Source: Eledone cirrhosa (taxonomy: Eukaryota). Taken from it: a stretch of DNA of 64,000 nt. Numbering within the stretch: the first letter of the stretch is position 1; each line of letters starts with the position of its first letter. Both the position numbers and the translations under genes were made by a program. Under the pieces are notes generated by a model. That model saw nothing but the letters and a program-made list of their open reading frames with translations, had not been told where the DNA came from and did no database searches. The stretch lies in NCBI GenBank assembly GCA_964016885.1, contig OZ024743.1:365986001-366050000 (forward strand). The letters run 5' to 3'. Positions 39,337 to 55,486 of the stretch are shown here, piece by piece.

Positions 39337-39780
39337 GAGCTTCTACAGAAATCATCAGGAAGTTGGCTGTCCAAGTAAATGGTAGTATTTGTCTTTCCTT
39401 ATCTGGTGGTAGGAGAGGGTGGGGATTGGGATGGGTATAGATCATTGGTTGAAGGAATTAAAGAAAGGGGATTCATTAAAAGATAATTCTTTAAAGCTAT
39501 AATATTAACAAAGGCAGAAAGAATACTGTAAACAAGTTCCAAATTGGAATACCAATCCTTGTTTATCACTTAGACTAACAATGCCTGTAAGACAGGTGTC
39601 TACAGGACGGGTGGGTTTCAATGGTTTAAAGAAAATGGAAATTCTTTAGAAGCTAATTCTTTAAGGCTAAAATGAGGGTAACAAAGGCAGAAAAGGTTCC
39701 ATCAACAGATTCAATATATATATTCAGATAAAATACAAAGTTTGTTCTATAAATTTTGACATAACCAGATTCGAATATTT

Positions 39781-40280
39781 TGTAGATTCGAATATTTTGT
39801 TCCAACATTGAAAATGTTTTCAGAATATTGTTAATTTAGCGAAGTTATATAGTTTATCGTACATATTATATTATAATATTTATGTTTGCACGATTGAAAA
39901 GGTAAAGATAACTCCAATCTTGTTTGTTAACCGTTAAATTTGATGAATGATTTGCTCAGAAAATATATAGAGAAAATTATATATTATTTTGTGTGAGATT
40001 AATTATTTTAGTCGAAAGATGTGTGAAAGTTTGAAGATCAAAAGGGGAGGAAAAACGTAATCTGCATTTCGAAGAACTATTGTAAAGAGGATAAATTTTC
40101 AGAATGTCAATTAAAGATTATCAATCTACATCTAAAAAAATATATTTAGAGGGGTATCATATTTTCAATCGTGCAAACATAAACATTATAATATAATATG
40201 TACGATAAACTATATAACTTCGCTAAATTAACAATATTCTGAAAACATTTTCAATGTTGGAACAAGATATTCGAATCTAC
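39781..40280. repeat. Inverted repeat, ~120-bp arms
   Basis: 39781-39900 is the reverse complement of ~40162-40280. Confidence 0.85.
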
Positions 40281-40842
40281 AAATTGTTCTCCTCTTACAA
40301 CTTAAACCACCTGTTTTTTTTATGTAAAATGCAAAATCAACACCTTCGTAACTCATATGAGAAATGTAAACAACTAATGATTGTAAATTATTTCTATTTC
40401 TATAATACTTATACATGCACAATTATTAATCTATAGAGATATTTATATACATATAACCTATTGTAATGTAATAAGATAAAATATACTTATAACCATAACT
40501 CTTCATATAATCTAATTGATTATATATACAATATTATAATTCATAATATAGCTAAATAAATTTAAATTCTGAAATTATATTCCACCTTTCCTTTTAAATT
40601 AACGTAAATACAAGCTCTTCTTCCTTTTTCTTCTTTCTTTTTCCTACTCATACATTTAAGTTCTCCATAACGTCTAAAATAACGTTTTTTTAATCCCTAT
40701 ACCTCAACCTCATATGGATACTCATCTTAATAATTTGAAATATCTGACTTTTCTTCTCTTATCCCTTCACTATCCAAGGAAAACTTGAACCGTTCAGGTA
40801 TCTTTTTCTTGGTTATGTCAAAATTTATAAAACAAACTTTGT

Positions 40843-40901
40843 ATGTTATCTGATGAAAGCGTACCAAAGTTTTGGTACCCTTGAAATATATATAATAGAA
40901 T
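40843..40901 (+). ncRNA. Type I hammerhead (PLE pLTR, same family as 55366-55424)
   Basis: atgttat CTGATGA aagcgtacc aaagttt tggtaccctt GAAATATATATA atagaat. Confidence 0.7.
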
Positions 40902-41370
40902 AAATATGGTTTTATAATAGTTTCCATTTATTTAATATCATTGAATATTATACTCCAGAAAAATCTGTTGAGTGCTCTGAATCAGTTATAAACATTTATA
41001 TTTGCTGAATTACCAACAAATTGAATATCCCTTTTGATTATACATATATATATATGTACATATATATATATATATATATAAACGGAAAAAATGAAACGAA
41101 ATTTCATTTCCCACTCTTAGTATAGCTGTTACTTAAATATAAGTATGTATACGTACATACATATATGTATACAGACGTACAGTAGTATGTATATATATAC
41201 ATACATGCACACATATATATATATGTACGTATGGATTCACCGAACATTTATTATAATGCTCGGTGTGTTTGTAAACAAAGGAATCCGTAGTGTCCAGCGA
41301 CCATCGTTGCTCGTTTGTTCAACACTGACAAAGGAACGCTGTACTAGTTTCAAGCTTATTAGCTATCGTC

Positions 41371-41458
<88 letters not shown>

Positions 41459-41503
41459 GTATGTATATATATATGTATATATATAAATATGTATATATAT
41501 ATA

Positions 41504-41621
<118 letters not shown>

Positions 41622-41799
41622 GTGTGTGTGTGTGCGTGTGTGTGTGATCTGCTTGTGCCCTAGCATTTAGCTGTGGTGCTTAACAACCCCAGCATGTACT
41701 CTCTCCTTATTCGCCATCTCCGATATCCCTATCTTTACTCTCTATTGTATTCCGATTGTTCGTGTGACTAAGCTTGGTAGAGCTTATACTCAGCATTGT

Positions 41800-41860
41800 G
41801 TTTATTAAGCTCTGATGATTCCTACCCAACGGTATGGATGAAACATTGTAAGCAAATGAA
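41800..41860 (+). ncRNA. Type I hammerhead in a ~250-bp insert between (TG)n and (TA)n
   Basis: gtttattaagct CTGATGA t-tcctacc caac ggtatgga-t GAAACATTGTA agcaaatgaaa: bulged stem I, GUA site. Confidence 0.75.
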
Positions 41861-41896
41861 AACTGTTTCAGTATGTAAGCGTTCTTTGGTTTCTTT

Positions 41897-41972
<76 letters not shown>

Positions 41973-41980
41973 TGTATATA

Positions 41981-44094
<2,114 letters not shown>

Positions 44095-44548
44095 GATGAA
44101 TATAAAATGAAAGTGCTTTTATTCATCTCTAACGTGACGATATATTATCACTACATTATTGATAACTTGAAATTTTATATATATATATATTATTTTGCCG
44201 TTCCTGGGACTTTAGCCCTAGGAAAGGAAAATGCTTCTCTGATGAACTTTGCTTTTCCATTAGAAATCCAATGGATTTCTAGTGTTTTGCAAAGGGAAAC
44301 CGATCGGTAAGGGCGACTTGAGTAGGTAAATATTTAAATTATATTTTCTAATTTATTTAAAAAAATTGGTTAAATTTTGCTTGTTCTGCTTATCTTAATA
44401 TATATATATGTATTTAGGTTTGTTAGTTTACCACTGGATAGAACTGATCATTCCGTATGGTCAACCTCGATGTAATATTAGGGAGAGCACTCGACGTAAT
44501 GCAACTCACCCGTCTTCGTTGTGTTGGTGGTGCGAGTACGGAGTTAAT

Positions 44549-44806
44549 TATTATAAAATAACAGGAGGCTGGACTGGTTTAATTCCTTAAAAGGTTTATT
44601 ATACTATGATCATTTCAGTGACCGGGTTCAGTATGAATCCAGTGAAATCATCAGGTATTCGAAATTTAACAAAGGAATATAATAGATAAAATCTATGGGG
44701 CTGATGATGTCACCGGATTCATACTGAACCCGGTCACTAAAATGATCATAGTATAATAAACCTATTAAGGAATTACACCAGTCCAGCCTCCTGTTATTTC
44801 ATAATA
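44549..44806. repeat. Fold-back inverted repeat with degenerate hammerhead
   Basis: Arms 44549-44654 and 44701-44806; each arm starts exactly at CTGATGA and continues ...GAACCCGGTC. Confidence 0.8.
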
Positions 44807-44826
44807 TATATATATATATGTATATA

Positions 44827-44857
<31 letters not shown>

Positions 44858-44943
44858 TGAGAGAGAGAGGCAGAAGGGGGAGAGAGAGAGAATTACATAC
44901 ATGTACATATATATGTATACACGCATACATATATATGTATGTA

Positions 44944-44988
<45 letters not shown>

Positions 44989-44989
44989 A

Positions 44990-45960
44990 TTGTTATACTG
45001 TGGGAGGGTCATGTTGCCAATAAAAACACACGCACCTATTAGTTTTCACTTCAATTTATCATAAGTTTTCGGTTGGTTGGTTCGATAACCGGAAGGTTGT
45101 TTATATATTGTCAAAGCTCTTTTGTCACACATTCTGTGACTTCCTCAGTGACTAGGTTTTTATTTTGTGTGTTATTGTGTTTTGTGTGTTGTGTGCTTGG
45201 TTTGTACATGCGTTAAATATGTGTGTGTGTTTATTTTTTTGTGTTTATTTACTTGTCACTAGTTGGTTGTTTGTTCTATCTGAGTGTGTCTGATTTGTTT
45301 TATTAGTTTGGTTTTTGTGTGTGTCTGTATGTCTTCATTTTGTCTTTAATTACTAGTTGTGATGTTGCTATTCCACTCATGTTTTCTGTTTAATTTTGGT
45401 TAGAGTTTGTTTATATTTGTCACCTCTGTGACTTGTCTGAGCATTGCATCTTTTCTGTGTGTGGATATCATTTTTATCTCTATGTTCTCTAATGTGCCCC
45501 TATGTTCTATTTTGGCATGTTGGTGGAGTACGGATCAGTTTTTCCCATCCTGGAGTTCTCGCCAGTGTTCACTTATTCTTCCTCCTATGCTACGAGTGTA
45601 ATGTTCATCAATACAACCCCTAGAGGCGAACTAGCTTATAGATTTAGAAGGGCCCTAGAGAAGCTTAAATTAAATATTAAGGTAGTTGAAAGACCAGGTA
45701 TTCTCATAAAAACCCGAATTAGCAAAACATACCCATTTCAAAGATCCCCCTGTGCTGATAGAAAATGCATAGTCTGCAAGTTAGGCCCACAAATTAACTG
45801 CAAAACTAGGAACGAGGTATATAGCATAATGAGGGATAGTGTAGAAATAAGAGTATAACATACATTGGTGAAACAGCCTGTAGCATTGGAGAAAGGATAA
45901 GTGAACACTGGCGAGAACTCCAGGATGGAGAAAATATATCAGTACTCCACCAACAATCAG
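44990..45960 (-). mobile_element. PLE 3' end with pLTR (minus) plus inverted EN segment (plus)
   Basis: Homologous to 57438-58070. The plus-strand part 45600-45955 encodes FINTTPRGEL...VVERPG...CADRKCIVC...CKTRNEVYSI...YIGETA. Confidence 0.85.
45110..45152 (-). ncRNA. Type I hammerhead (core G12 mutated)
   Basis: gtca CTGAGGA a-gtcaca gaatg tgtgac AAAA GAGC TT tgac. Confidence 0.6.
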
Positions 45961-47327
45961 AACTAGCCTTGATTTAAAAGATAACAGCTACAAGTCTGCG
46001 ACCACTACCGACATTTACCATTTCCGCTTCTTGTAGCCAATAAAGAAACATTTATATAGTCGTTTGACCTGCTGGAAATAGCAGTAAAATCTCCTTCAAA
46101 TCATACTCAACTTTCATAAAGGTCATTAGTCAATGCAGTTCAAGATGCAATATATCTGAGAGCTAGATTGCATGATTATGGTTAATTTTTGTTATCATGA
46201 GCCTGCTCAGTCTGAGATTACATGGAGCTAAACATTTATTTCGTCCATAACGCACACTTTCATCGAACATAATGACAAATGCGCTATGCATGCTGATATA
46301 TCAGTGTGTTTTTTTTTGTTTTTTGTTTTGTGAAGAAAGGTTTACTGTTTTAACAGGGATGGAAGAACAGCGCCCATGACCTTTTTCAGATCATCTGAGA
46401 CTGATGGAAGAGAGAGGAGAAGGTATACTCAAGTGGGAGACCTGGTCCAAATACTTACAACATATTGGACTTCGCTAACGCCATCCAAAGTCAGGTAATG
46501 TTGCTTAAGCAGGCAACTAGGCTACAACGGGATTTCAACTCGAAACAAAAAAGACCGGAACAAATATCGCAAGTCATTTTGTCTGACTCACTAACAGTTC
46601 CACCAATCCATCACCCCTGGACTACTACATTACTTATTGACCACGAAAGAAAAAAAAATACAATGTTATGATCTATGGGATTTGAAATCAAAGCGCAGAG
46701 AGCAAGAAAAGATTTTGCAAACCATTTTGACCTACGCTCTAATTGCTCTGTCAATTGAACGTGGTTAGTGGAATGGACCTCCGTCGGTTTCGACGACGAA
46801 CGTTCCAGTCGTTAGATCGATAGAACAATCTGCTAGTGGAATTAACGTGTGACTGATTAAAAATTCTACAGCCACGTGTACACTTGATTTTAATTTTCAA
46901 GTAGATTCAACGTGACTGTGTAACAAGGCCGTCCTTGAATTACGATATAGTCAGTCAGACGAGCTTCCAAATAGTTTCCATCTACCCAATTTCATACGTT
47001 TGCATGGATCGACCCCAGGCTATGGTAAATGACACCCAAGATACCAAGCGGTTGGATCAAACCTAAGACTTAATGATTGTGAAATGAACTCCTTAACAAT
47101 GTGGCCATGCTAAAAGAACAACAATAACAACTACCAGAATTATCAAAAATACCATCATCATCAACTACAATACCCCAAATTCCACTACTAACTGAAATGC
47201 CATGTTATGAACCATTAATTCCTGGTGGAGGGGTAAAGGCACCGTCGTAATATACAGCGTTTATTCACCATTTAAACCAGGTGGAGACAACCACACTTCT
47301 GGTCGGAACGCAGCTGGTTTCTTCTGG

Positions 47328-47445
<118 letters not shown>

Positions 47446-47449
47446 AGAA

Positions 47450-47590
47450 GAAGAATCGACCGTAATACTCGACTGGTACTTTATTTATTGATCTCGAAAT
47501 GATGAAAAACAAAGGTAACCTCTTTGAGATTTCAACTCAGGGAGCCACAATGAATACTCCAAGACATTTTGTCTTACGTTCTAACGACTG
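47450..47590 (-). mobile_element. Degenerate SINE
   Basis: GACTGGTACTTTATTTATTGATCTCGAAATGATGAAAAACAAAG...ATTTCAACTCAG. Confidence 0.6.
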
Positions 47591-48325
47591 TCGATTTGCA
47601 AAAGCTTCAGAACAAAAATAACAACTACCAAAGCTATCACCAACAAAAATAAAAGGACCTCCTTTGGTCATGGCAGATCATGGATTATGCGAACATAATT
47701 GACTAATCATTGGTTTGTCTCTCTGAGGCACAAACCCTACCGGGATGTTTTGTAGACTAACAGTTCGCCATGCATGCAAATCATCCTTCTCCGCGACAGC
47801 AATGTTGTCTAAGGGAAAAGCAAAAGCCGCCACAGCTTGACACTAGTGACGTCGCATCTGATTTTTTTTTCTTTTTTTTTTTGATTGGCTGAATAAACTA
47901 AAACAATGTGAAATATTGTCTTGTTTAAGGACACAATACCCGATCCAGAAATCGAACTAAAGACCTTACTTTCATGAGCCCAGCACCCTACCACAAGGGA
48001 ACGGGACTTCTAATAACAACACAAATTTCATTACTACCACTACCAACTGAAATAATCTTATTTAACAGATGCTAGCGTGTAGCAATTGTACATCAACTTG
48101 GCATATGCACAGAAATTGGCAACAGTTTTATTGCCAAAGCGGAACCACGATATCAAAGAGATTTTTGGGAGATTCTATTAGATGAAAATTAATCATAACA
48201 TTTGATTTGATTTTCCTACGCATGACAAACTATCGATTACTTTGGTAACAAATGCCTGGTATCTCTGAATATCGGTTGGGTGTCACTTTTTCCTCACACA
48301 CAGAACCAGAAACAGATACACACAA

Positions 48326-48367
<42 letters not shown>

Positions 48368-48599
48368 ATAAAATTATGAATAAATAGATAGTGCTATATT
48401 TTATGTGTATGTTAATGGCATGTTTAAGCACCTTCAGTTATAGGCTCTCTACCCATTCCCAATCCATCTGTGTTTCTCAAAAAGTCGCAATGGCTGAATA
48501 GGCTAAATATTAGTCACTAGGCTTCAGAATTTCGCGCTCTTATCCTACCAGTGATAATGTGGTATGTCCTAAGGAAAACGTTGGACCAAGATGGCCACA

Positions 48600-48661
<62 letters not shown>

Positions 48662-48667
48662 GCGTGT

Positions 48668-48749
<82 letters not shown>

Positions 48750-48899
48750 CGTAACTCCTGGCGGGAACGTAATGACAACGTCGTGACATAAAACGTTTCT
48801 TGGGCATTTTATACTTGGAGTCTATTCTTTCTCTCCGGGTTCCGCCTCTCTCTATCTCTCTCTCTCTCTTTCTCTCTCTCTCTCATATATATATATAGG

Positions 48900-49092
48900 T
48901 AAGTTATTCCGGGTTGAATCGGAGATAACCACAGTAAGTAAGGTACTCAATACATAGCAGAGTATAAAAGTTTTAATATAGAAGAGATTCTACAGGACTA
49001 GAACTGTTTCATTCGTGTGAAATCATCAGATTCCTGATGATTTCCCACGAATGAAACAGTTCTAGTCCTGTAGAATCTCTTCTATATTAAAA

Positions 49093-49100
<8 letters not shown>
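48900..49100. mobile_element. Fold-back mini-PLE centred on back-to-back hammerhead cores
   Basis: Arms 48963-49029 and 49034-49100 with a 4-nt spacer: CTGATGA t-ttc ccac gaa-t GAAACAGTTCTAGTC. Tail 48900-48962. Single related copies at ~50090-50210 and (deleted) ~39330-39360. Confidence 0.85.
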
Positions 49101-50085
<985 letters not shown>

Positions 50086-50515
50086 TGTATCCCGGGTTTT
50101 CAATCGTGGGTAACTACAGTAAGTAAGGTACTCAATACATAGCAGAGTATAAATGTTTAATATAGAAATGGCTTCTTCAGGACTTAGAACTGTTTCATTC
50201 GAAGTGAAACAGTGAAGGTGGAAATTGACGGAAGATTATTGTTTCTTTAATCCGACAGAATGAATAGTTTGATAATTGTTGCATTAGATATAACAGGTTT
50301 TGATTGGTATAAAGTTCTTATCAAATACTAGACATTAAATATTAAAAAAACATATTTTCATGTACCTTGTGAGCAGTTCGATTATAGGGAGTTTTCTGCC
50401 AAAATTTCTCCTTATATATATATGTTCTTTATGAAGGTAGAGTAGTGAAGGTGGAGGTGGGTTTAAGAGGTCAAGATTCAATTGAATTAACACTGATGGT
50501 CCAGATGGCATTTTT

Positions 50516-50618
<103 letters not shown>

Positions 50619-50732
50619 GTGCGTGTGAGTATTCAATTGTGTCGAAAGGTCAGTATTTGTGGGTTGTGGAACTGAATAAGTTTGGCGTCGATTTACAATT
50701 CATCTTTTGAGTTGTGGTGTGTGCGTGTGTGT

Positions 50733-50799
<67 letters not shown>

Positions 50800-51009
50800 T
50801 GTGTGCCCCTTGTATCAAGAGAACAAAATTGTATTCAGGTGTTGTAGATAAAAACAAGGATAAAAATATAAATATAAAAATATAGGAATAAACGTGATTG
50901 AAATAGTTCGTGGAGTGTTGAAGAGGCTGGGTTCCTGGAGGATTTACAAAAAGAAGGAAAGAGAAAGAAAGAAGAGAGAAATAAATTTATTATTACTATT
51001 ATTATTATT

Positions 51010-51210
51010 ACTGAGGGCAGTGGTTTGGAAGTATCAGTAGAGAGTCAGACGCCATGCTTTGCATCATAGATTTATGGCCCTTTACGTTCTGAGTTCAAAT
51101 TCCGCCGAAGTTAATTTTGCCTTTCATCCTTACGGGGTCGATAAAATAAAGCACCAGTAATGCACTGGGGTAATTGCTGGCCTTGTGCCAAAAGTAGAAA
51201 CATTATTACT
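51010..51210 (+). mobile_element. tRNA-derived SINE
   Basis: Same family as 15624-15810. Confidence 0.8.
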
Positions 51211-51559
51211 GTTTTGGTGTTCGTTTGCGTCAGACGAGTTCACATCGGCTCCAGAAAGTTGGTTATTTTCAATTGTTTCAAAGTGGAATTTGTTGAATAT
51301 TATGTTCACGAACCGTATATAAGTTTCCATTCATTGGCCTGTGTAAAAGCGACCCCATAATATTTGGGCCCAAAGGCACAAATATTTGTATATATGTATG
51401 TATGGTCCCGTAACTTCTGATAGAGTCGTAGGGGCACCGTATTGACATACGGCATTTGAAGCCTGGTGGTGCCCATCCCTCTCCAGGCTTGAGTATAGTA
51501 GATTTCTTCCAGAGAAAGATAAAAAGTGAGAGAGAGAGGAAATGCGAAAAAGTTATAGA

Positions 51560-51705
51560 GGAAGAATCGACCCCGGTACTAGATTGGCACTTTTTTTATC
51601 GACTTCGAAAGGATGAAAGGCAAAGTTGACCTCAGTGGGATTTGAACTCAGAGAGCAGAGAGCCAAAACGAATATCATAAAGTATTCTATCCAACGTTCT
51701 AATGA
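51560..51705 (-). mobile_element. tRNA-derived SINE
   Basis: TTATCGACTTCGAAAGGATGAAAGGCAAAGTTGACCTCAGTGGGATTTGAACTCAG. Confidence 0.7.
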
Positions 51706-51717
51706 CATAACATGATA

Positions 51718-52018
51718 TAATGTACATAGGTGAGACAGCTTCAAGATAGAAAAGATTCATCAGTACTCCACCAACATGCTAAAATAGAACATAAGGGCAA
51801 ATTAGAGAACATAGAAATAAAAATAGAATCTACACACAGAAAAGACGCAATGTTTAGACAAATCACAGAGGCAATAAACATAAATGAACTCCTATCAAAA
51901 TTAAATAGAAAACATGAATGGAATAGCAACATCACAACTTACAATTAAGGACAAAATGAAAACACACACACATAGAACAAACAACCAACTAGTAACATGT
52001 AAATAAACAAATAAATAC
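51718..52018 (+). mobile_element. PLE GIY-YIG 3' fragment
   Basis: SSVLHQHAKIEH...MFRQITEAININEL..KLNRKHEW; same family as 57438-58070. Confidence 0.85.
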
Positions 52019-52019
52019 T

Positions 52020-52730
52020 AGCCCTCATTTACTACGACTATTGGATCGCCGCATCTCTTAGTCCACCGGGAATGGCATGTGGAGTGGCAGTGCTGTTTAG
52101 GAAACGCCTGGATCTCGAGGTAAGGTCGATCTTTCTGCACATGGACAGTAAGTTGGTGGTTCTGGAAGTGAGCAATAGCGGTGGCCGTCTACGCCACAAC
52201 CGGGGCCGGACGGCCGGACTTCTGGGAACGCTTTTCTGGGCACGTCTCACCCTTTACTGTTAGCGGGGGACTGGAACAGCATCTTAGACGCACACTTAAA
52301 TCGTGTGGAAGTAGCTGATAGGAGCAGGGAGAGCAAAAGCCTGAAATACCTGATCGGCCACTTCCAGCTGGCTGACAGGTACCGACTAGATTTCCCTAAT
52401 GTGCCAGTGTGGACCTGGACCATCTAGATCATATATAGATAGGTTTTTTTTATTAGGTCAATAAATAAGGATAGTATAGGTTGTCCACACTTTTAAATGA
52501 GCACAAGTTTGTGATCTGAATGGTCGACCTAGATAAAACACGGAGACTAGGACCTGCTTACTGGAAGCTGAATATGTCGTTCCCGGCACGTAAGGCCTAC
52601 AGGGACCGAGTCAACTATTTAGTTAAGCAAAGGCTGACAGGGGGATTATCCACATGTGGTGGAGGGCTGTCAAAAGAAAAGTTAGAGTAATGTCGATAGG
52701 TTTTATCAAAGAAGTAGCCTTAGAGAAAAA
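52020..52730 (+). mobile_element. Degenerate Tx1-type APE endonuclease fragment
   Basis: GVAVLFRKRLDLEVRSIFL...KLVVLEV; homologous to 25500-26200. Confidence 0.8.
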
Positions 52731-52959
52731 TATCTACGCGTTTATATATATATATATTGTGTGTGTGTGTGTGTGTATATATATATACTTTAACTTTAAT
52801 TATATCTCATAAAATAATACAACTGGTTTTTCCACATTATACATATTGTTAGCACCCCAAACACTTAAATTGGGTTTATATTTTAATATAACCTAATGTT
52901 TGTTGAGTGAGATGGTTACCAGTCAGAGTTTAGTTTTAAACTATCTCTGTTATTGTATT

Positions 52960-54286
52960 AAATATATATATATATATAAAATTTCAGGTTATCAATAATG
53001 TAGTGATAATATATCGTTACGTTAGAGATGAACAGCGTACGTGTAGGTTTGCTCAACGAGTATAAATTATATTCCGGAGAAAATGTAGAAAAGATGAATA
53101 TAAAATGAAAGTGCTTTTTTTTAAAAAGGAATTTATTAGGTTTTGACATATGTTTCTGTAACAGACGGAATACCTATGTATCGCTGCTTGCGTAATCATA
53201 TAATGTTAGCAAGTATTCGATAGCAAATGTATAATCAGTTGTCACTTCTTCAGAGATATTGGATAAATTGGAAAAAATCAGAAAAATTGAAATATTTATA
53301 TTAGTTGTAATAAAGAAGGAAGAGAGGGGATAGTATATGACAGATGGCAATTCAATTTACTGGTAAACAAGTATATAAAGGGTTTCTAATGAGAATACAA
53401 TGAGTATATGGTTTATTTTATCTAAATAAGAATGTTTGGGAGTGCCTATTTTAATCTATACTTGACCAATTGAACAATGGACAGGGCTGGTCGTTTGGTG
53501 TAGTAGTATTAATTATAAAGTGTCAATTAAGGAAGAGGGAGATTTCGACTGCTACTGAATAACAACAATGCTGGTAGCCTGCTGGTATATGCATTAGGGA
53601 ATTGAATTAAGAAATCTCATTTTATCTATAGCAGTTTATATTAAATGGTAAAGAATAGAAGAGTTGATAGAATTAAGACTAATAGAGAATGTTAATATGT
53701 ATTTTGACAATCAAACGGAGATGGAGACAGGTGTTCAATCCTGGTAGTATTTGTAATATGAAAATGTAGATATTAAGCGATGGTTACAGTATAACGATCG
53801 CTCTATTCTGTTATTTAATAAAATGTTTTTGGATTTCATAATACAAAATAATTCCATATTACATAATTTACAAAATTCCTGTCCGTGGGATGATGGAAGG
53901 GCAGCTGCTATTATATCCCATTTTAGGTTAAATTGTTGGTTATTTTCGCGCAGCTGCCAAGCCTTGTCTGCGAGTGTTGTTACATAATGCTGGTTTACAT
54001 GTTTTATCGAGTAACGATGTCTATAAAGGCGAGATTTGAAGGAGGTGGCTGTAGACCCCACATAGTACCACTTCTGGCTATCCGATTCGATAGTACATTT
54101 GTAAATCATGTTGCGTTCAAGACACTGATTGTTCAACGGACACATTCCTGGTTGGACACAGTTACAGTTATAATTTTGCGCAAGCAGCGATACATAGGTA
54201 TTCCGTCTGTTACAGAAACATATGTCAATACCTAATAAATTCCTTTTTTAAAAAAAAGCACTTTCATTTTATATTCATCTTTTCTA
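52960..54286 (-). mobile_element. 5'-truncated PLE with inverted pLTR
   Basis: GIY-YIG ORF ~53735-54170 (NCNC..GMCPLNNQCL, YYVGST, CKLCNME). Inverted repeat 53086-53192/54178-54286. (TA)n flanks. Confidence 0.88.
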
Positions 54287-54390
54287 TATATATATATATA
54301 TATATATATTAGGGTAAATATTGATGCAATTCAATTCAAGCACTCAACGTACTTTTTCCACATAGGAGTGACGGAGTAAATATCGTATAA

Positions 54391-54498
54391 AGAAAAGCGA
54401 AGTAGTTTCAGATGTTCAAATCCTTTAATAATAATGCTGTGATATATATATCACAGCATTATTATTAAAGGATTTGAACATCTGAAACTACTTCGCTT

Positions 54499-54502
<4 letters not shown>
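54391..54502. repeat. Perfect 112-bp palindrome
   Basis: AGAAAAGCGAAGTAGTTTCAG...GTGATATA|TATATCAC...CTGAAACTACTTCGCTTTTCT with no spacer. Confidence 0.9.
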
Positions 54503-54563
<61 letters not shown>

Positions 54564-54735
54564 CCTTATCGAGCCCTCTTCGGATTTTAGTTTTCACATT
54601 ATTATTATTATATATATTACTATTATTACTATATATATAAATATAGTAATAAGCAATGAGTTATTTAATTTGTTGATTATTCAACAAATTTAAATTATAA
54701 TAGAAAAGAAGCACTCAACAGTTTTGGGGAGTATC

Positions 54736-55472
54736 ATATCAATAATATTAATAAATGGAAACTATCTTTATAAAACCATATTTATTTTATTATATATATT
54801 TCAAGGGTACCCAAATTTTGGTACGCTCTCATTAGATAAAATACAAAAGTTGGTTTACAGATAGTGACATATTCAGACAAGAACTTAATGTTGTGAGTTC
54901 TATTTGAATAGTGAAGAAAAACTTCAAATCACAAGATGAATATGCTAATGAGGATAACGTTAAAATTGAAAAAGATCGTTATGTTTAGACGCTAGGTAAA
55001 TTTAAATAATTATTAGGATCATTTTTTTAAAATAAGAAAAGGAAATAGGGGTTATTATTAGGGTGGAAGGAAATTTAAGGAAAGATTTTAAGAAAAAACT
55101 TTAATATATTTTTTTCTTAAAATCTTTCCTTAAATTTCCTTCCACCCTAATAATAACCCCTATTTCCTTTTCTTATTTTAAAAAAATGATCCTAATAATT
55201 ATTTAAATTTACCTAGCGTCTAAACATAACGATCTTTTTCAATTTTAACGTTATCCTCATTAGCATATTCATCTTGTGATTTGAAGTTTTTCTTCACTAT
55301 TCACATAGAACTCACAACATTAAGTTCTTGTCTGAATATGTCACAATCTGTAAACCAATTTTTGTATTTTATCTGATGAGAGCGTACCAAAATTTGGGTA
55401 CCCTTGAAATATATATAATAAAATAAATATGGTTTTATAAAGATAGTTTTAATTCATTAATATTATTGATAT
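54736..55472. repeat. Long fold-back (~363-bp arms, ~11-nt spacer) of a hammerhead-bearing pLTR
   Basis: 54736-55098 is the reverse complement of 55110-55472. Confidence 0.9.
55366..55424 (+). ncRNA. Type I hammerhead ribozyme
   Basis: attttat CTGATGA gagcgtacc aaaatttg ggtaccctt GAAATATATATA ataaaat: 7-bp stem I, AUA site. The mirror copy has CTAATGA. Confidence 0.78.
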
Positions 55473-55486
55473 ATATAGTAATATAT

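Noticed and set aside
52732-52743. ATCTACGCGTTT identical to the array's hammerhead stem III, next to (TA)n
   Set aside because: Only 12 nt with no core or stem II; cannot be told from chance.
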